Below, piece after piece: positions 42,076 through 51,557 of a stretch of 64,000 nt of DNA. The position numbers were made by a program, and so were the translations under genes. Origin of the DNA: Candidatus Latescibacterota bacterium (GTDB lineage: Bacteria > Latescibacterota > UBA2968 > GCA-2709665); NCBI GenBank assembly GCA_965248435.1, contig OZ252100.1:5024001-5088000 (forward strand), read 5' to 3'. The notes under the pieces are model-generated. The model ran no database searches, was not told the origin of the DNA, and saw nothing but the letters and a program-made list of their open reading frames with translations. How positions within the stretch are numbered: the stretch's first letter is position 1; each line of letters starts with the position of its first letter.

Positions 42076-42495
42076 CTAACCGCCAGTCCGCGAAGCCGTA
42101 AAGTTTACCCCCCCGCGAGGACGTCCACGATAGACCGTGGGATTGAATCTGTATCCCTCCCTTGATGGCCGGACTTCCACCGAGTTCACACCCCCGACGT
42201 GCAACCGGAAATTTCCGCCGCCGTTGGTCTTGACCTTGAGGATGTTGCTTGCGGCCGCTTGTGGATTGATGATCACGGACAGAGTAACGTCGGGCACGTT
42301 CGTTACGACACCATTGCGGGACTCGAACACGGTTCCACTGACCACCGTTTGAACATGTGGGGTTTGTGTCGGGGCCACGGGACTTGCGCAGCCGCTCCCA
42401 CTTCCGCCCTCAGATACGCAGTTGACGACCAGCATCATCCCGAAGAGGATCGGGATCCCCGTTCTGAGCGTGCGGTTGAACCTGGAGTTAGTCAT
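42076..42495 (-). CDS. Putative lipoprotein, paralog 2
   Basis: LVVNC, GSGC, VEVRPSREGYRFNP, VNFTA. Confidence 0.75.
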   Translation of the reverse strand: MTNSRFNRTLRTGIPILFGMMLVVNCVSEGGSGSGCASPVAPTQTPHVQTVVSGTVFESRNGVVTNVPDVTLSVIINPQAAASNILKVKTNGGGNFRLHVGGVNSVEVRPSREGYRFNPTVYRGRPRGGVNFTASRTGG

Positions 42496-42517
42496 TTCTT
42501 AACTCCCATCGAGACTG

Positions 42518-42964
42518 CTAGACGCCAGAGCGCGAAGCTGTAAAGTTCAGGGCCTGGCTGGGAGGTCCCCGAAAGACTTCAGGATCGAACCTGTATCCCG
42601 CCTTTGTCGGCCTGACTTCTACCTCCCCTGCCCGTGGGCTGAGTTCCAGCCGGAACTGTCCGTTGATGTCGGTCTTGACCGTCATTACGTTCAGGACCCG
42701 GGGTTTGGTCCCGTAAGATTGATGCGTTTTGACTGTAACCGTCACGGCGACGCCGGGAACTTTCGTCTTGCCGGAACCTTGGGACTCGATTATGGCACCG
42801 CCGACCACCTTGGGTCTTGGGGCTCCGCCTCCTTGAGACATATTCGGCATCTCGCAGCCGCTCCCGCCTTTGCTTCCCTCCGACGCGCAGTTCACGACCA
42901 GCATCATTCCGAACAGGAAAGGGATGGTCATTCTCAACGCTCGATTGGATCCTGGATTCGTCAT
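42518..42964 (-). CDS. Putative lipoprotein, paralog 1
   Basis: LVVNC, GGSGC, VEVRPTKAGYRFDP, LNFTA. Confidence 0.75.
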   Translation of the reverse strand: MTNPGSNRALRMTIPFLFGMMLVVNCASEGSKGGSGCEMPNMSQGGGAPRPKVVGGAIIESQGSGKTKVPGVAVTVTVKTHQSYGTKPRVLNVMTVKTDINGQFRLELSPRAGEVEVRPTKAGYRFDPEVFRGPPSQALNFTASRSGV

Positions 42965-43029
42965 CTCTGACCTCCCAGTTTTCGGACTTAGTTTCGATCA
43001 AAGAATCTATCTCTCTACCCGGTCTCCAT

Positions 43030-43045
43030 TGCAAGCCCCGTGCCG
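43030..43045 (-). promoter_or_regulatory. Sigma-54-type -24/-12 promoter
   Basis: Minus strand CGGCACGGGGCTTGCA (GG-N10-GC), about 65 bp upstream of 42964. Confidence 0.65.
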
Positions 43046-43490
43046 CTTCAGTGAATCCGTTCTTTGAATGCTTTTAAGGGTAATATTTACAATGGTATAG
43101 GAGGGTATTTCGGACGGCCGTGTCTCTGAATCCTGGTATCTGGAAGACTGCATAGACTTGCGCTTCTTTGCGCGAAGCTTCGCGAGATGGCATAGCGTCG
43201 CTTTCGGAATAGGTTTTGGTGAAGGGCTCGATCTCATATCGCGTCGCCCCCAGCGAACAAGGAATTTCCTCTACCCAATCTCCGAGGATCCGCTATATTC
43301 CTTCCAGGCGCCTCTAGCTGGAGTTGCCTCGTTTCATCCAGTGGTTGCAGCGGGCGCTGACCTCTCCCTCGCTGAAGAACACACCGAACTCTCCTCCATA
43401 GATCCTGTCCATTCGAAGCCACGCAGGCCTTTGACCCCGATCCGTTCATCGGAGTTCAATGGTCTCAAGTGTCAGCCTTGTCCCGAATCC

Positions 43491-43961
43491 ATGATCTCGA
43501 TCGATCGCGCCGAGCCCTCAGATTTTCTGGCCATCGCCCATCTGGATCGCATCGCCTGGCTGAAGTATCCTCAATCCGAGTTCATCCCGGACGGCGAACA
43601 CGTCTGGCGGCTCTGGGTCGAGCACGCGTTCGTCTACTGCGCCAGGGAGGCGGACAGTATCGTCGGGGCGGTCCTCGTCTTTCCGACGTTGACCGGACCG
43701 TTCTGCCTCCACAAGGCTTTTGTGGCAGAGGAACACCGGGGGAAAGGGATCGGGACGAAGCTGATCGACGCCGTCCTGTCGGAGGTGGATGATGCGGGAG
43801 GGGACTGTTTTCTGACTGTCAACCCCTCCAACGAGGCGGCGCTGCGGCTTTACGAGTCCTGGGGGTTCACGGAGCGGAAGTTTGTGGCCGGGTTCTACCG
43901 GGAACAGGAGGATCGGTTCGTGCTCACGCGCAGGGCCGCGAACGGGCGCGGGGCCGAATGA
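43491..43961 (+). CDS. GNAT N-acetyltransferase
   Basis: HRGKGIGTKL, NEAALRLYESWGF. Confidence 0.9.
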   Translation: MISIDRAEPSDFLAIAHLDRIAWLKYPQSEFIPDGEHVWRLWVEHAFVYCAREADSIVGAVLVFPTLTGPFCLHKAFVAEEHRGKGIGTKLIDAVLSEVDDAGGDCFLTVNPSNEAALRLYESWGFTERKFVAGFYREQEDRFVLTRRAANGRGAE

Positions 43962-44590
43962 TACTGTTCGTCGCGATCTTCATTCCGGCCGTACTGCTGC
44001 TGCAGGCCAACCCCTTCGCCCTGTTCGAGGCGGGCCGCTTCGAAGCGGCCAGGGCAGGCTTCGAGCGCCGGCTGGAGACCCGTCCGAACGACCCGGAGGC
44101 GCTTTACTTTCTTGGACGGCTTTCACCATCAGGGGCGGTGTCCAGGGGCTTCTTCGAAAGGCTGCTGGCGGCACACCCGAAGCACGCGCTGGCGGATGAC
44201 GCCCTTTTCGAGCTGGCCGAGGCCGACTACGGCGGGGGACAGGGGCTCTACCTCACGGCCCGGCGCCGTTATCGACGCCTTCTGTCTTCCTATCGCGACA
44301 GCCCCCTGGCGCCGCGGGCCCACTACAGAGTCGGGCTGACCTTTCTGATCACCCGGAAGCCAGACTCCGCGGCCGTCGCGTTCAGGGCCGTGCTGGACCG
44401 GTTCCCGAGGTCTGATGTCAGGGCGCTTGCCCACCTCGGCATCGTGGACGCGAACGTCCAGGGGAATCACAGGGAAGCGGCGCTGCGGGAGGCGGAGGCC
44501 TTGCTGGCCAGTGATCCGGAAGGGATAAGAGAGATTGTGGAGGAGCGCATTCGACGGTTGAAATACGCCAGCGCTGGGGGAATGGAGTAA
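43958..44590 (+). CDS. TPR protein, CpoB/BamD-like
   Basis: Signal peptide, LADDALFELA and LAPRAHYRVG repeats. Confidence 0.75.
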   Translation: MILFVAIFIPAVLLLQANPFALFEAGRFEAARAGFERRLETRPNDPEALYFLGRLSPSGAVSRGFFERLLAAHPKHALADDALFELAEADYGGGQGLYLTARRRYRRLLSSYRDSPLAPRAHYRVGLTFLITRKPDSAAVAFRAVLDRFPRSDVRALAHLGIVDANVQGNHREAALREAEALLASDPEGIREIVEERIRRLKYASAGGME

Positions 44591-44770
44591 TGGAGTATTG
44601 GAGTAATGGGAAACAAGAATCCGGAGTATTGGAGATTTGGAAAACTATGGCCGAATGCAGTCCGTTTATCCAACACTCCATCATTCCAGTACTGTCATAC
44701 TACAGAATCCCAGAGCCCGTAGCTTGACGAACAGCAATGAGGAATGGAGTAATTTGGATTGATGGAATAC
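44583..44770. repeat. Octamer TGGAGTA(A/T) tandem repeats and inverted copies upstream of the four-helix-bundle gene
   Basis: Forward units 44583-44640, inverse 44669-44694, forward 44741-44770. Confidence 0.8.
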
Positions 44771-45337
44771 ACTACTTTCAGAAATAAAAACCGCGGGTAC
44801 ATGAAGTTGGAGGTCTGGCAGAAGTCGATGGAACTTTTCGACTTTACATGGAGATTGGTTAAGAATTCAGATGTCGACCTCAGGCTTCGGTCACAGATTT
44901 ACGGTTCTGTTCAATCAATTTCGGCGAATATCGCTGAAGGGTATTCTCGTCGTACCGTGAACGATTATCTGAGGTTTCTGTACATATCTCTTGGTTCATT
45001 GTCGGAATCCCTGACGAGGCTGGCTGGCCTGAAGGAAACGGGTCAGATCTCAAGCTCGCAGTTCGAAGAAATAGACAAGCTCCACTACGAGGTCGAAAAC
45101 AAGCTTTTGAGGCTCGTGCAGTCGCTTGAAAACAAGAAAGATGAAGGGTCTTGGATGGACCGAATTTCAGAAGAGGAGGAAATATATATCCCGGGTTCTG
45201 AGAGTCTAGAACTGGATAAGGAGAGTAATGAGAACGCAGACGTTCCAATACTCCAACACTCCAGTACTGCAATACTCCAGAGTCGGGCAGCTGAAAAGCT
45301 GGTAACAGGGGATTGGAGTAAGCGAGGTAATGGATAG
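44762..45337 (+). CDS. Four-helix-bundle protein (23S rRNA IVP/TIGR02436-like)
   Basis: KLEVWQKSM, SISANIAEG, FLYISLGSLSE. Confidence 0.9.
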   Translation: MEYTTFRNKNRGYMKLEVWQKSMELFDFTWRLVKNSDVDLRLRSQIYGSVQSISANIAEGYSRRTVNDYLRFLYISLGSLSESLTRLAGLKETGQISSSQFEEIDKLHYEVENKLLRLVQSLENKKDEGSWMDRISEEEEIYIPGSESLELDKESNENADVPILQHSSTAILQSRAAEKLVTGDWSKRGNG

Positions 45338-47990
45338 GAAAATAGAAAAAGGAACCACACCGGCCATGGAGCAGTTTCTGGGCTTCAAGGCCGAATACCC
45401 GGACGCCATTCTGCTGTTTCGGATGGGGGACTTCTACGAGACCTTCTACGATGACGCGGTGGAGGCGTCCCACCTGCTGGGCCTGACCCTGACCGCACGC
45501 AACAACGGCCGTACGGACAAGGTGCCCATGGCCGGGGTTCCCCATCATGCCGTGGACGCCTATCTCGCCCGGTTGATCAAGGCCGGAAAGAAGGTGGCCA
45601 TATGCGAGCAGATGGAGCCGCCCCAGGCAGGAAAAAAGATCGTGCGTCGTGAAGTCGTTCAGGTGGTCTCTCCAGGCACGGCACTTTCAGAGAACCTGCT
45701 GGATCAGAGGAGAAACAACTACCTCGCAGCGCTCTGTCTCCTGGATGACCGGGTGGGTCTGGCCGTGATCGATCATTCGACGGGCGCCTTCCGGGTGTCG
45801 GAGGACAGCCCCGACCGCCTCTGGGAGGCGCTGCAGAGCGTCGATCCGGCCGAGATCGTCGCGCCGGAGTCCTGGGCGGAGGCCAACGAAACATTGTGTC
45901 TCCAGAAGTTGCCCGGTGCTGTTCTGAGCGGTTACGAGGAGTGGACCTTCAGTTACAACTACGCCTACGATGCCCTTCGGGAGCAGTTTCGAGTCTCCTC
46001 CCTCAAAGGGTTCGACTGCGAGGATTTGAAGGCGGGGATCTGCGCGGCGGGTGGAGCGGTCGCATATCTCAAGCGAAACCAAAAGGGCGAGCTTTCTCAC
46101 CTTACCCGCATGTCCCGGGAACGTACAGGGGTCTCGATGACCCTGGATCTGGTGACCCAGCGGAATCTGGAGCTGATTACGTCCATTCAGGAGCATCGAC
46201 GAGATGGCACGCTGCTTTCCGTGTTGGACAGAACGGGCACCTCTATGGGTGCTCGAATGATCCGAACCTGGCTGACCGCCCCTCTGTTGGAGATCTCCAG
46301 GATCGACGCTCGGCTGGACGCAGTGGAGGAATTCGTTCAGGCACCGGCGTTGAGAGCTGCAGTTCGTGAGGGGCTTCGAGACGTGGGGGATCTGGAGCGA
46401 CTGATGTCCAGGGTCTGCTGCGGCCGAGCCAATCCCCGGGACGTGGCGGGGCTGAAGACGTCGGTGCTTGCCCTGCCGCCCCTTCGGGATGCGCTCCAGG
46501 AGGCCTGTTCCCGGCTGCTGAAAACGATACGGGAAGCGGAGATGCCCGACCTGGGGCGGCTCGCCGATCTGATCGACCAAACGCTGGCAGAGGAGCCCCC
46601 AGCTACGCTGAGCGATGGGGGAATCATCCGGAAGGGTTTGAACGCGGATCTGGATGAGCTCAGGGAAGTGGCCTCGGGCGGGCGATCGTGGGTCGCCGCC
46701 CTGCAGACCCAGGAACGCAAGCGAACGGGTATTCCTTCATTGAAAGTGGGCTACAACAGGGCATTCGGATATTACATCGAGGTGACGAAGGCGAACGCAG
46801 ATCGCGCGCCGAGCGACTACATCCGAAAACAGACCCTGGTGAATGCCGAAAGGTATATCACGCCCGAGCTGAAAGACTGGGAGGCCAGGATCCTGGGGGC
46901 CGACGATCGGGCGAAGGAGCTTGAAAAGGAGCTGTTTCTCCAGTTGATACAGAAAATCGCGGGATGGGTCGAGGCTGTTCAGTGGAACGCCCGGAGCGTG
47001 GCCAGGGTGGATGTCCTGGCTTCGCTGGCAGAGGTGGCTGCGTTGAACGACTATGTCCGTCCGACCGTTGTGGAGGATAAAGTCATCCAGATCGATGCGG
47101 GCCGTCATCCGGTCGCGGAACAGCTCTTGCCCGACGGGAAGTTCGTGCCGAACGATGTCCTCGTGGACGCGCAGCAGGCGCAGATCCTGATCATCACCGG
47201 TCCGAACATGGCCGGGAAGTCGACGATCCTGCGCCAGGTCGGTCTGATCGTGATGATGGCCCAGCTGGGCAGCTTCGTGCCAGCAGCATCGGCGAGGGTG
47301 GGCGTCGTGGACCGGATCTTTACGCGCGTGGGCGCTTCGGACAATCTCGCCGCGGGAGAAAGTACCTTCCTGGTGGAGATGAACGAGGCCGCCAACATCC
47401 TCAACAATGCGACGCCCAGGAGCCTGGTGCTCCTGGATGAGATCGGAAGGGGGACGAGCACCTTCGACGGGTTGAGCATCGCGTGGGCGATGACGGAGCA
47501 CCTGCACAATTCCGCGGGAATCTGTCCACGGACGCTTTTCGCGACCCATTATCACGAGCTTACGGAACTGGAGGAGGTCCTGCCTCGTGTGGTGAATCAG
47601 AGTGTGGCCGTTCGCAAGGTGGGGGATGAGATCGCCTTCCTGCACCGGCTCGTGCCAGGGGGATGTGATCGGAGCTACGGGATCGAGGTCGCACGATTGG
47701 CCGGTATGCCGACCGAACTGATTGCGCGCGCCAAGGAGGTCCTCGCTCGGCTGGAAACGAACGACCTGACGCTGAAGGGCTCGGCTGTCAGCCGCTCACG
47801 ACGTCGGAATGAACGCACCGATCAGATGGGTCTGTTCGCACCGGGCGAGGAACCGCCAGCCCAGCCGGAAGCGCATCTCATCCTGTCGGAACTTCGGGAC
47901 CTGGATATCGGGAACACAACACCTGTCGAGGCCCTGCGAAGGCTGGATGCGTGGAAACGGCAGGTCGATGGGGAAGGAACGAACCCCTAA
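45330..47990 (+). CDS. mutS: DNA mismatch repair protein MutS
   Basis: RMGDFYE, TGPNMAGKST, DEIGRGTST, SYGIEVA. Confidence 0.98.
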   Translation: MDRKIEKGTTPAMEQFLGFKAEYPDAILLFRMGDFYETFYDDAVEASHLLGLTLTARNNGRTDKVPMAGVPHHAVDAYLARLIKAGKKVAICEQMEPPQAGKKIVRREVVQVVSPGTALSENLLDQRRNNYLAALCLLDDRVGLAVIDHSTGAFRVSEDSPDRLWEALQSVDPAEIVAPESWAEANETLCLQKLPGAVLSGYEEWTFSYNYAYDALREQFRVSSLKGFDCEDLKAGICAAGGAVAYLKRNQKGELSHLTRMSRERTGVSMTLDLVTQRNLELITSIQEHRRDGTLLSVLDRTGTSMGARMIRTWLTAPLLEISRIDARLDAVEEFVQAPALRAAVREGLRDVGDLERLMSRVCCGRANPRDVAGLKTSVLALPPLRDALQEACSRLLKTIREAEMPDLGRLADLIDQTLAEEPPATLSDGGIIRKGLNADLDELREVASGGRSWVAALQTQERKRTGIPSLKVGYNRAFGYYIEVTKANADRAPSDYIRKQTLVNAERYITPELKDWEARILGADDRAKELEKELFLQLIQKIAGWVEAVQWNARSVARVDVLASLAEVAALNDYVRPTVVEDKVIQIDAGRHPVAEQLLPDGKFVPNDVLVDAQQAQILIITGPNMAGKSTILRQVGLIVMMAQLGSFVPAASARVGVVDRIFTRVGASDNLAAGESTFLVEMNEAANILNNATPRSLVLLDEIGRGTSTFDGLSIAWAMTEHLHNSAGICPRTLFATHYHELTELEEVLPRVVNQSVAVRKVGDEIAFLHRLVPGGCDRSYGIEVARLAGMPTELIARAKEVLARLETNDLTLKGSAVSRSRRRNERTDQMGLFAPGEEPPAQPEAHLILSELRDLDIGNTTPVEALRRLDAWKRQVDGEGTNP

Positions 47991-48353
47991 GAACCGGGTA
48001 CCGGGATAGGTAGATAGGTTACAGAGACCTGACGGTTTGGGGGCGACGCCTGCGTCGCCCCGGGAAATCAAGACACGGGTACCGGGTACCGCAAGGCCTG
48101 AAAGCCATTCAATTGCGGATTGCGGATTTGGGATTGGCGATTGAAAGGCTGTCCCCTCCTTGGAGGAGTGCCCGGTTCGCAGTTCACAGGGGATAGCTGC
48201 GGCACGATGTAAGCAGGGGGCGGGGTGGGTAATTTGGCGAGCGGAAATGAATCAGGGGTCCGACGACATAATGTCGGGCCCCTTTGTCGTTCCTCGAATC
48301 TGAACGTTGTTCATCGTGCGGTCGGCGGTCGGCCGTCCGCGGTCTGCCCTTGG

Positions 48354-50543
48354 CTACGCATCGTCCGGCGCTTCGTCCACGCGCTGCACATCTGTCACAC
48401 CCCGTACTTCGAGGAGCTTCTTAAAAAGCGTGGCGAGTTGATCTCTGCTTTTGATTTCAACCAGGAATCGGTCGCCAACGACGCCGTCCGCGGATTTTAA
48501 CTCGCCTTCGAGCACCTGGACCCCCTGGTCGGACATGGCGTGAGTGACGTCCCGTAAAAAGTTGGGCCGGTCTTCACCCGAGACTTTGATCTCGATCGAA
48601 TAGGAGACTTCCTGTTCCGTGTCCCAGTCCAGATCCAGGATGCGATCTTGCTCCACTTCCGAGTTCGAGACATTGAGGCAGTCCCTCCTGTGCACTGAAA
48701 CACCCCGGCCGCGAGTGATGATCCCCAGGATCGGATCGCCCGGGATGGGCCGGCAGCAGCGCGCAAAGTGGGTCAGCAGGTTGTTGAGGCCCCGAATGTT
48801 GATGAGGCTCTTGTGGTCGTTGCGTGAAGGCTCGGTCCGGAGCGGCCGGATCGCGGGACGGGCCTTCGGGAAAAGTTTTTGAAAGACTCTGTCCAGGCTA
48901 ACGTCCCCGTTGCCGATTCCCGCGTAGAGCTGTTCCGCGTTCCGAAATCCGGTGTCGACCGCCGCCTGAAGGAGCTTCTCGTCCTCGACCCGTTTCCTGC
49001 GTTTCTTGAGTTCCCGGCTGACCATGTCCCGGCCGAGCTTCACGCTCTGCGAGTGTTCCTCCTCTCGAAGCCAGCGGCGAATTCGACTCCGGGCCTTCGC
49101 GCTCTTGATGAAATGCAGCCAGTCTCGACTGGGATGCTGATGCGGGGAGGTCATCACCTCGACCGTATTCCCGGTCTGAAGCGCGGTCGATAGCGGGACC
49201 ATCTGCCCCTTGACCCTCGCCCCCGTGCAGCGCAGCCCGATGTCCGTATGTATCGCAAACGCAAAATCGATCGGGGTGGCGCCCTCGGGGAGCCTGATAA
49301 GATCGCCCTTGGGTGTGAACACGAATATCTCTCTCGGAAAGAGGTCGACCTTCAGATCTTCCATGAACTCCTGAGGGTCGGTCGTCTCTCTAATCCATTC
49401 GAGAAGACCGCGGAGCCAGACGACGTGTCGGTCCAGGTCGGAGGGTGCCTGCTTCCCCTCCTTGTATCGCCAATGAGATGCGATTCCGACCTCGGCGATT
49501 TGATGCATCTCCCACGTCCTGATCTGGACTTCCATCATCATCCCTTTTGGCCCGATGATGGTCGTGTGAAGGGATTGATACATGTTCGCCTTGGGCGTCG
49601 CGATAAAGTCCTTGAACCTGGCCATGACCGGGGTGTAGAGGCTGTGGACGATACCGAGCACCTCGTAGCATTCGGGGACCGTGTTGAGGATGATCCTTAC
49701 GGCCATCAGGTCATACATCTCATCGATGGACACGCCGCGGCGTTTCATCTTACCGTATATGCTGTAGTAACTCTTGGGTCGCCCCGTGATATCGGCTTCG
49801 ATTTCCGCCTTTTCCAATGCCTGCTGGATCGGCAGCCGGGCCTCCTCGATATAGGCCTCGCGTTCCTCCTTCGTTAGATTGATCCTCTCCTCGATCGTCT
49901 GGTAGGTCTCAGACTCCAGCCATTTGAGGCTCAAGTCTTCCATCTCTGCGCGGATGCGGGCCATGCCGAGACGATGCGCGAGGGGGGCATAGATGTCTCT
50001 GCTTTCGAGCGCCATCCTTTGTTGGATGTCAGGCTCGAGGAACTGCAGGGTGTGCAGATTATGGAGGCGGTCTGCGAATTTGATCAGCACAACGCGGATG
50101 TCCTTGACCGTAGAAAGGAGCATCTTGCGGAAGTTCTCGGCCTGTTCCGCTTCGGGCGATTGGAAGGTGAGGTCTTTGATACGGGTCACGCCGTCGACGA
50201 GCGTCGCGATCGCCTCCCCGAACTCGGTTTCGATGTCGCCGAGTGGGACATCGGTGTTCTCGACGACGTCGTGGAGCAGGCCGGCTGCCACCGTGGAGGA
50301 ATCCAGGTTGAGCTCTGCGATGATGTTCGCGACCTGGGTTACGTGGTGGATGTAGGGCTGTCCTGATTTTCTGAATTGGTTCTCGTGGACGCGTTCGGCG
50401 AACTCGTAGGCTCTGGAGATCAACTCCACGTCGTGGTTATGCCGGACGGCCGAAGCGGCCTTGAGAAGTTCCTGGAGTCCGAAGGGTCTGGAGTCTGCGG
50501 GGATGAAATCCGAAGCGGCGTTATGCTCGACAAGCGATGCCAA
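48354..50543 (-). CDS. rel: Long RSH (p)ppGpp synthetase/hydrolase
   Basis: HD domain, GRPKSYYSI, YQSLHT, EVQIRT, TGS, CC and ACT domains. Confidence 0.95.
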   Translation of the reverse strand: MASLVEHNAASDFIPADSRPFGLQELLKAASAVRHNHDVELISRAYEFAERVHENQFRKSGQPYIHHVTQVANIIAELNLDSSTVAAGLLHDVVENTDVPLGDIETEFGEAIATLVDGVTRIKDLTFQSPEAEQAENFRKMLLSTVKDIRVVLIKFADRLHNLHTLQFLEPDIQQRMALESRDIYAPLAHRLGMARIRAEMEDLSLKWLESETYQTIEERINLTKEEREAYIEEARLPIQQALEKAEIEADITGRPKSYYSIYGKMKRRGVSIDEMYDLMAVRIILNTVPECYEVLGIVHSLYTPVMARFKDFIATPKANMYQSLHTTIIGPKGMMMEVQIRTWEMHQIAEVGIASHWRYKEGKQAPSDLDRHVVWLRGLLEWIRETTDPQEFMEDLKVDLFPREIFVFTPKGDLIRLPEGATPIDFAFAIHTDIGLRCTGARVKGQMVPLSTALQTGNTVEVMTSPHQHPSRDWLHFIKSAKARSRIRRWLREEEHSQSVKLGRDMVSRELKKRRKRVEDEKLLQAAVDTGFRNAEQLYAGIGNGDVSLDRVFQKLFPKARPAIRPLRTEPSRNDHKSLINIRGLNNLLTHFARCCRPIPGDPILGIITRGRGVSVHRRDCLNVSNSEVEQDRILDLDWDTEQEVSYSIEIKVSGEDRPNFLRDVTHAMSDQGVQVLEGELKSADGVVGDRFLVEIKSRDQLATLFKKLLEVRGVTDVQRVDEAPDDA

Positions 50544-50802
50544 GAAACGATCTCCGAAGCGATCGGATGGGAACGGCCTGTAAACGTGGATCGGGCGATG
50601 CGCTGAGCAGCCGCCCTATGGGACCTCAAAACCGGGTCCCAGGCAGGACCATAATATAGACAATTCGCGGTCCGAATTCCAGCCGGGCCCGGGTATTGAA
50701 AAACCTCGCTTCTGTCGTGGATTTTCACAGCTGTGCCTGGAAGGAGACAGTGCGGGGCACCGAATCGGAACGGGACCCGGGCGGGTTGCGGAGGTAAGCA
50801 GA

Positions 50803-50850
50803 TGGCACAGGTTTTGCGATGTGATAATGATGTGATAAGAATGTGATCAG
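50803..50850 (+). promoter_or_regulatory. Sigma-54-type promoter followed by three phased TGTGAT repeats
   Basis: TGGCACAGGTTTTGCG 50803-50818; TGTGAT at 50820, 50831 and 50842. Confidence 0.6.
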
Positions 50851-50903
50851 GCAGGCGAAGTCGGCGATGGCACATCCTTCTGTATCTCATACGGGACAGT
50901 CCC

Positions 50904-51347
50904 ATGGGAAAGTTAATTCCGATTCTGCTGCTCTTGACGCTCGCCGGATGCGGCGTCGTGGATCCGACCCTCCTCGGGGGTCCGGTCGCCGAGGGGCTGG
51001 CGACGAGCGAACTCGTGAATGCCTCCGTTATCGTCCTTCAAGATGAAGGGTATACGGTGATCACGGCAGATTCGGAGGCCGGGGTTGTGACGACAGATTG
51101 GCGAGCAGAGTCGAGCTTCGCCGGACAGCTCCTTCTTCAAGAGTCGCACCGAACCCGAATTTCGGTTGTCGTGGATCTGTCTACGCACAATCTCAGCGTT
51201 CAGATGACGAGGCAGGTGAAGGACGGGGACGCCCCCTGGCGAAACCGGGGGCTCACGGGGAAAGACAATTCACGGCTCCGGTCTATCCTCTCTCGCATAC
51301 AGGCTCGCTCTTGGGACCTGACCGAGCGGAAAGATGGAAACCTCTGA
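50904..51347 (+). CDS. Lipoprotein
   Basis: LAGC lipobox; DSEAGVVTTDW motif. Confidence 0.8.
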   Translation: MGKLIPILLLLTLAGCGVVDPTLLGGPVAEGLATSELVNASVIVLQDEGYTVITADSEAGVVTTDWRAESSFAGQLLLQESHRTRISVVVDLSTHNLSVQMTRQVKDGDAPWRNRGLTGKDNSRLRSILSRIQARSWDLTERKDGNL

Positions 51348-51365
51348 TGGATTTCTTAAAATCGG

Positions 51366-51395
51366 TTGACAAGGATCGGAACGCAGGTCTATATT
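51366..51395 (+). promoter_or_regulatory. Sigma70-like promoter
   Basis: TTGACA-N18-TATATT. Confidence 0.6.
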
Positions 51396-51557
51396 AAACA
51401 AAGTTCGGGGGTTTCAAGTGGGTCACGAAGTGTCGGGGGTAAACACGGTATAACGCCAAATACTGTTCCGAGGTCTAATGGCTGAGCTCTGTCCTGAGAT
51501 GAGGGAGACGAATTCGGCCGTTTTTGTTTTGGGTATCAGAATGAAACCTGAGGCACG

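Noticed and set aside
44762-45337. Diversity-generating retroelement
   Set aside because: No reverse transcriptase and no template/variable repeat pair in the window
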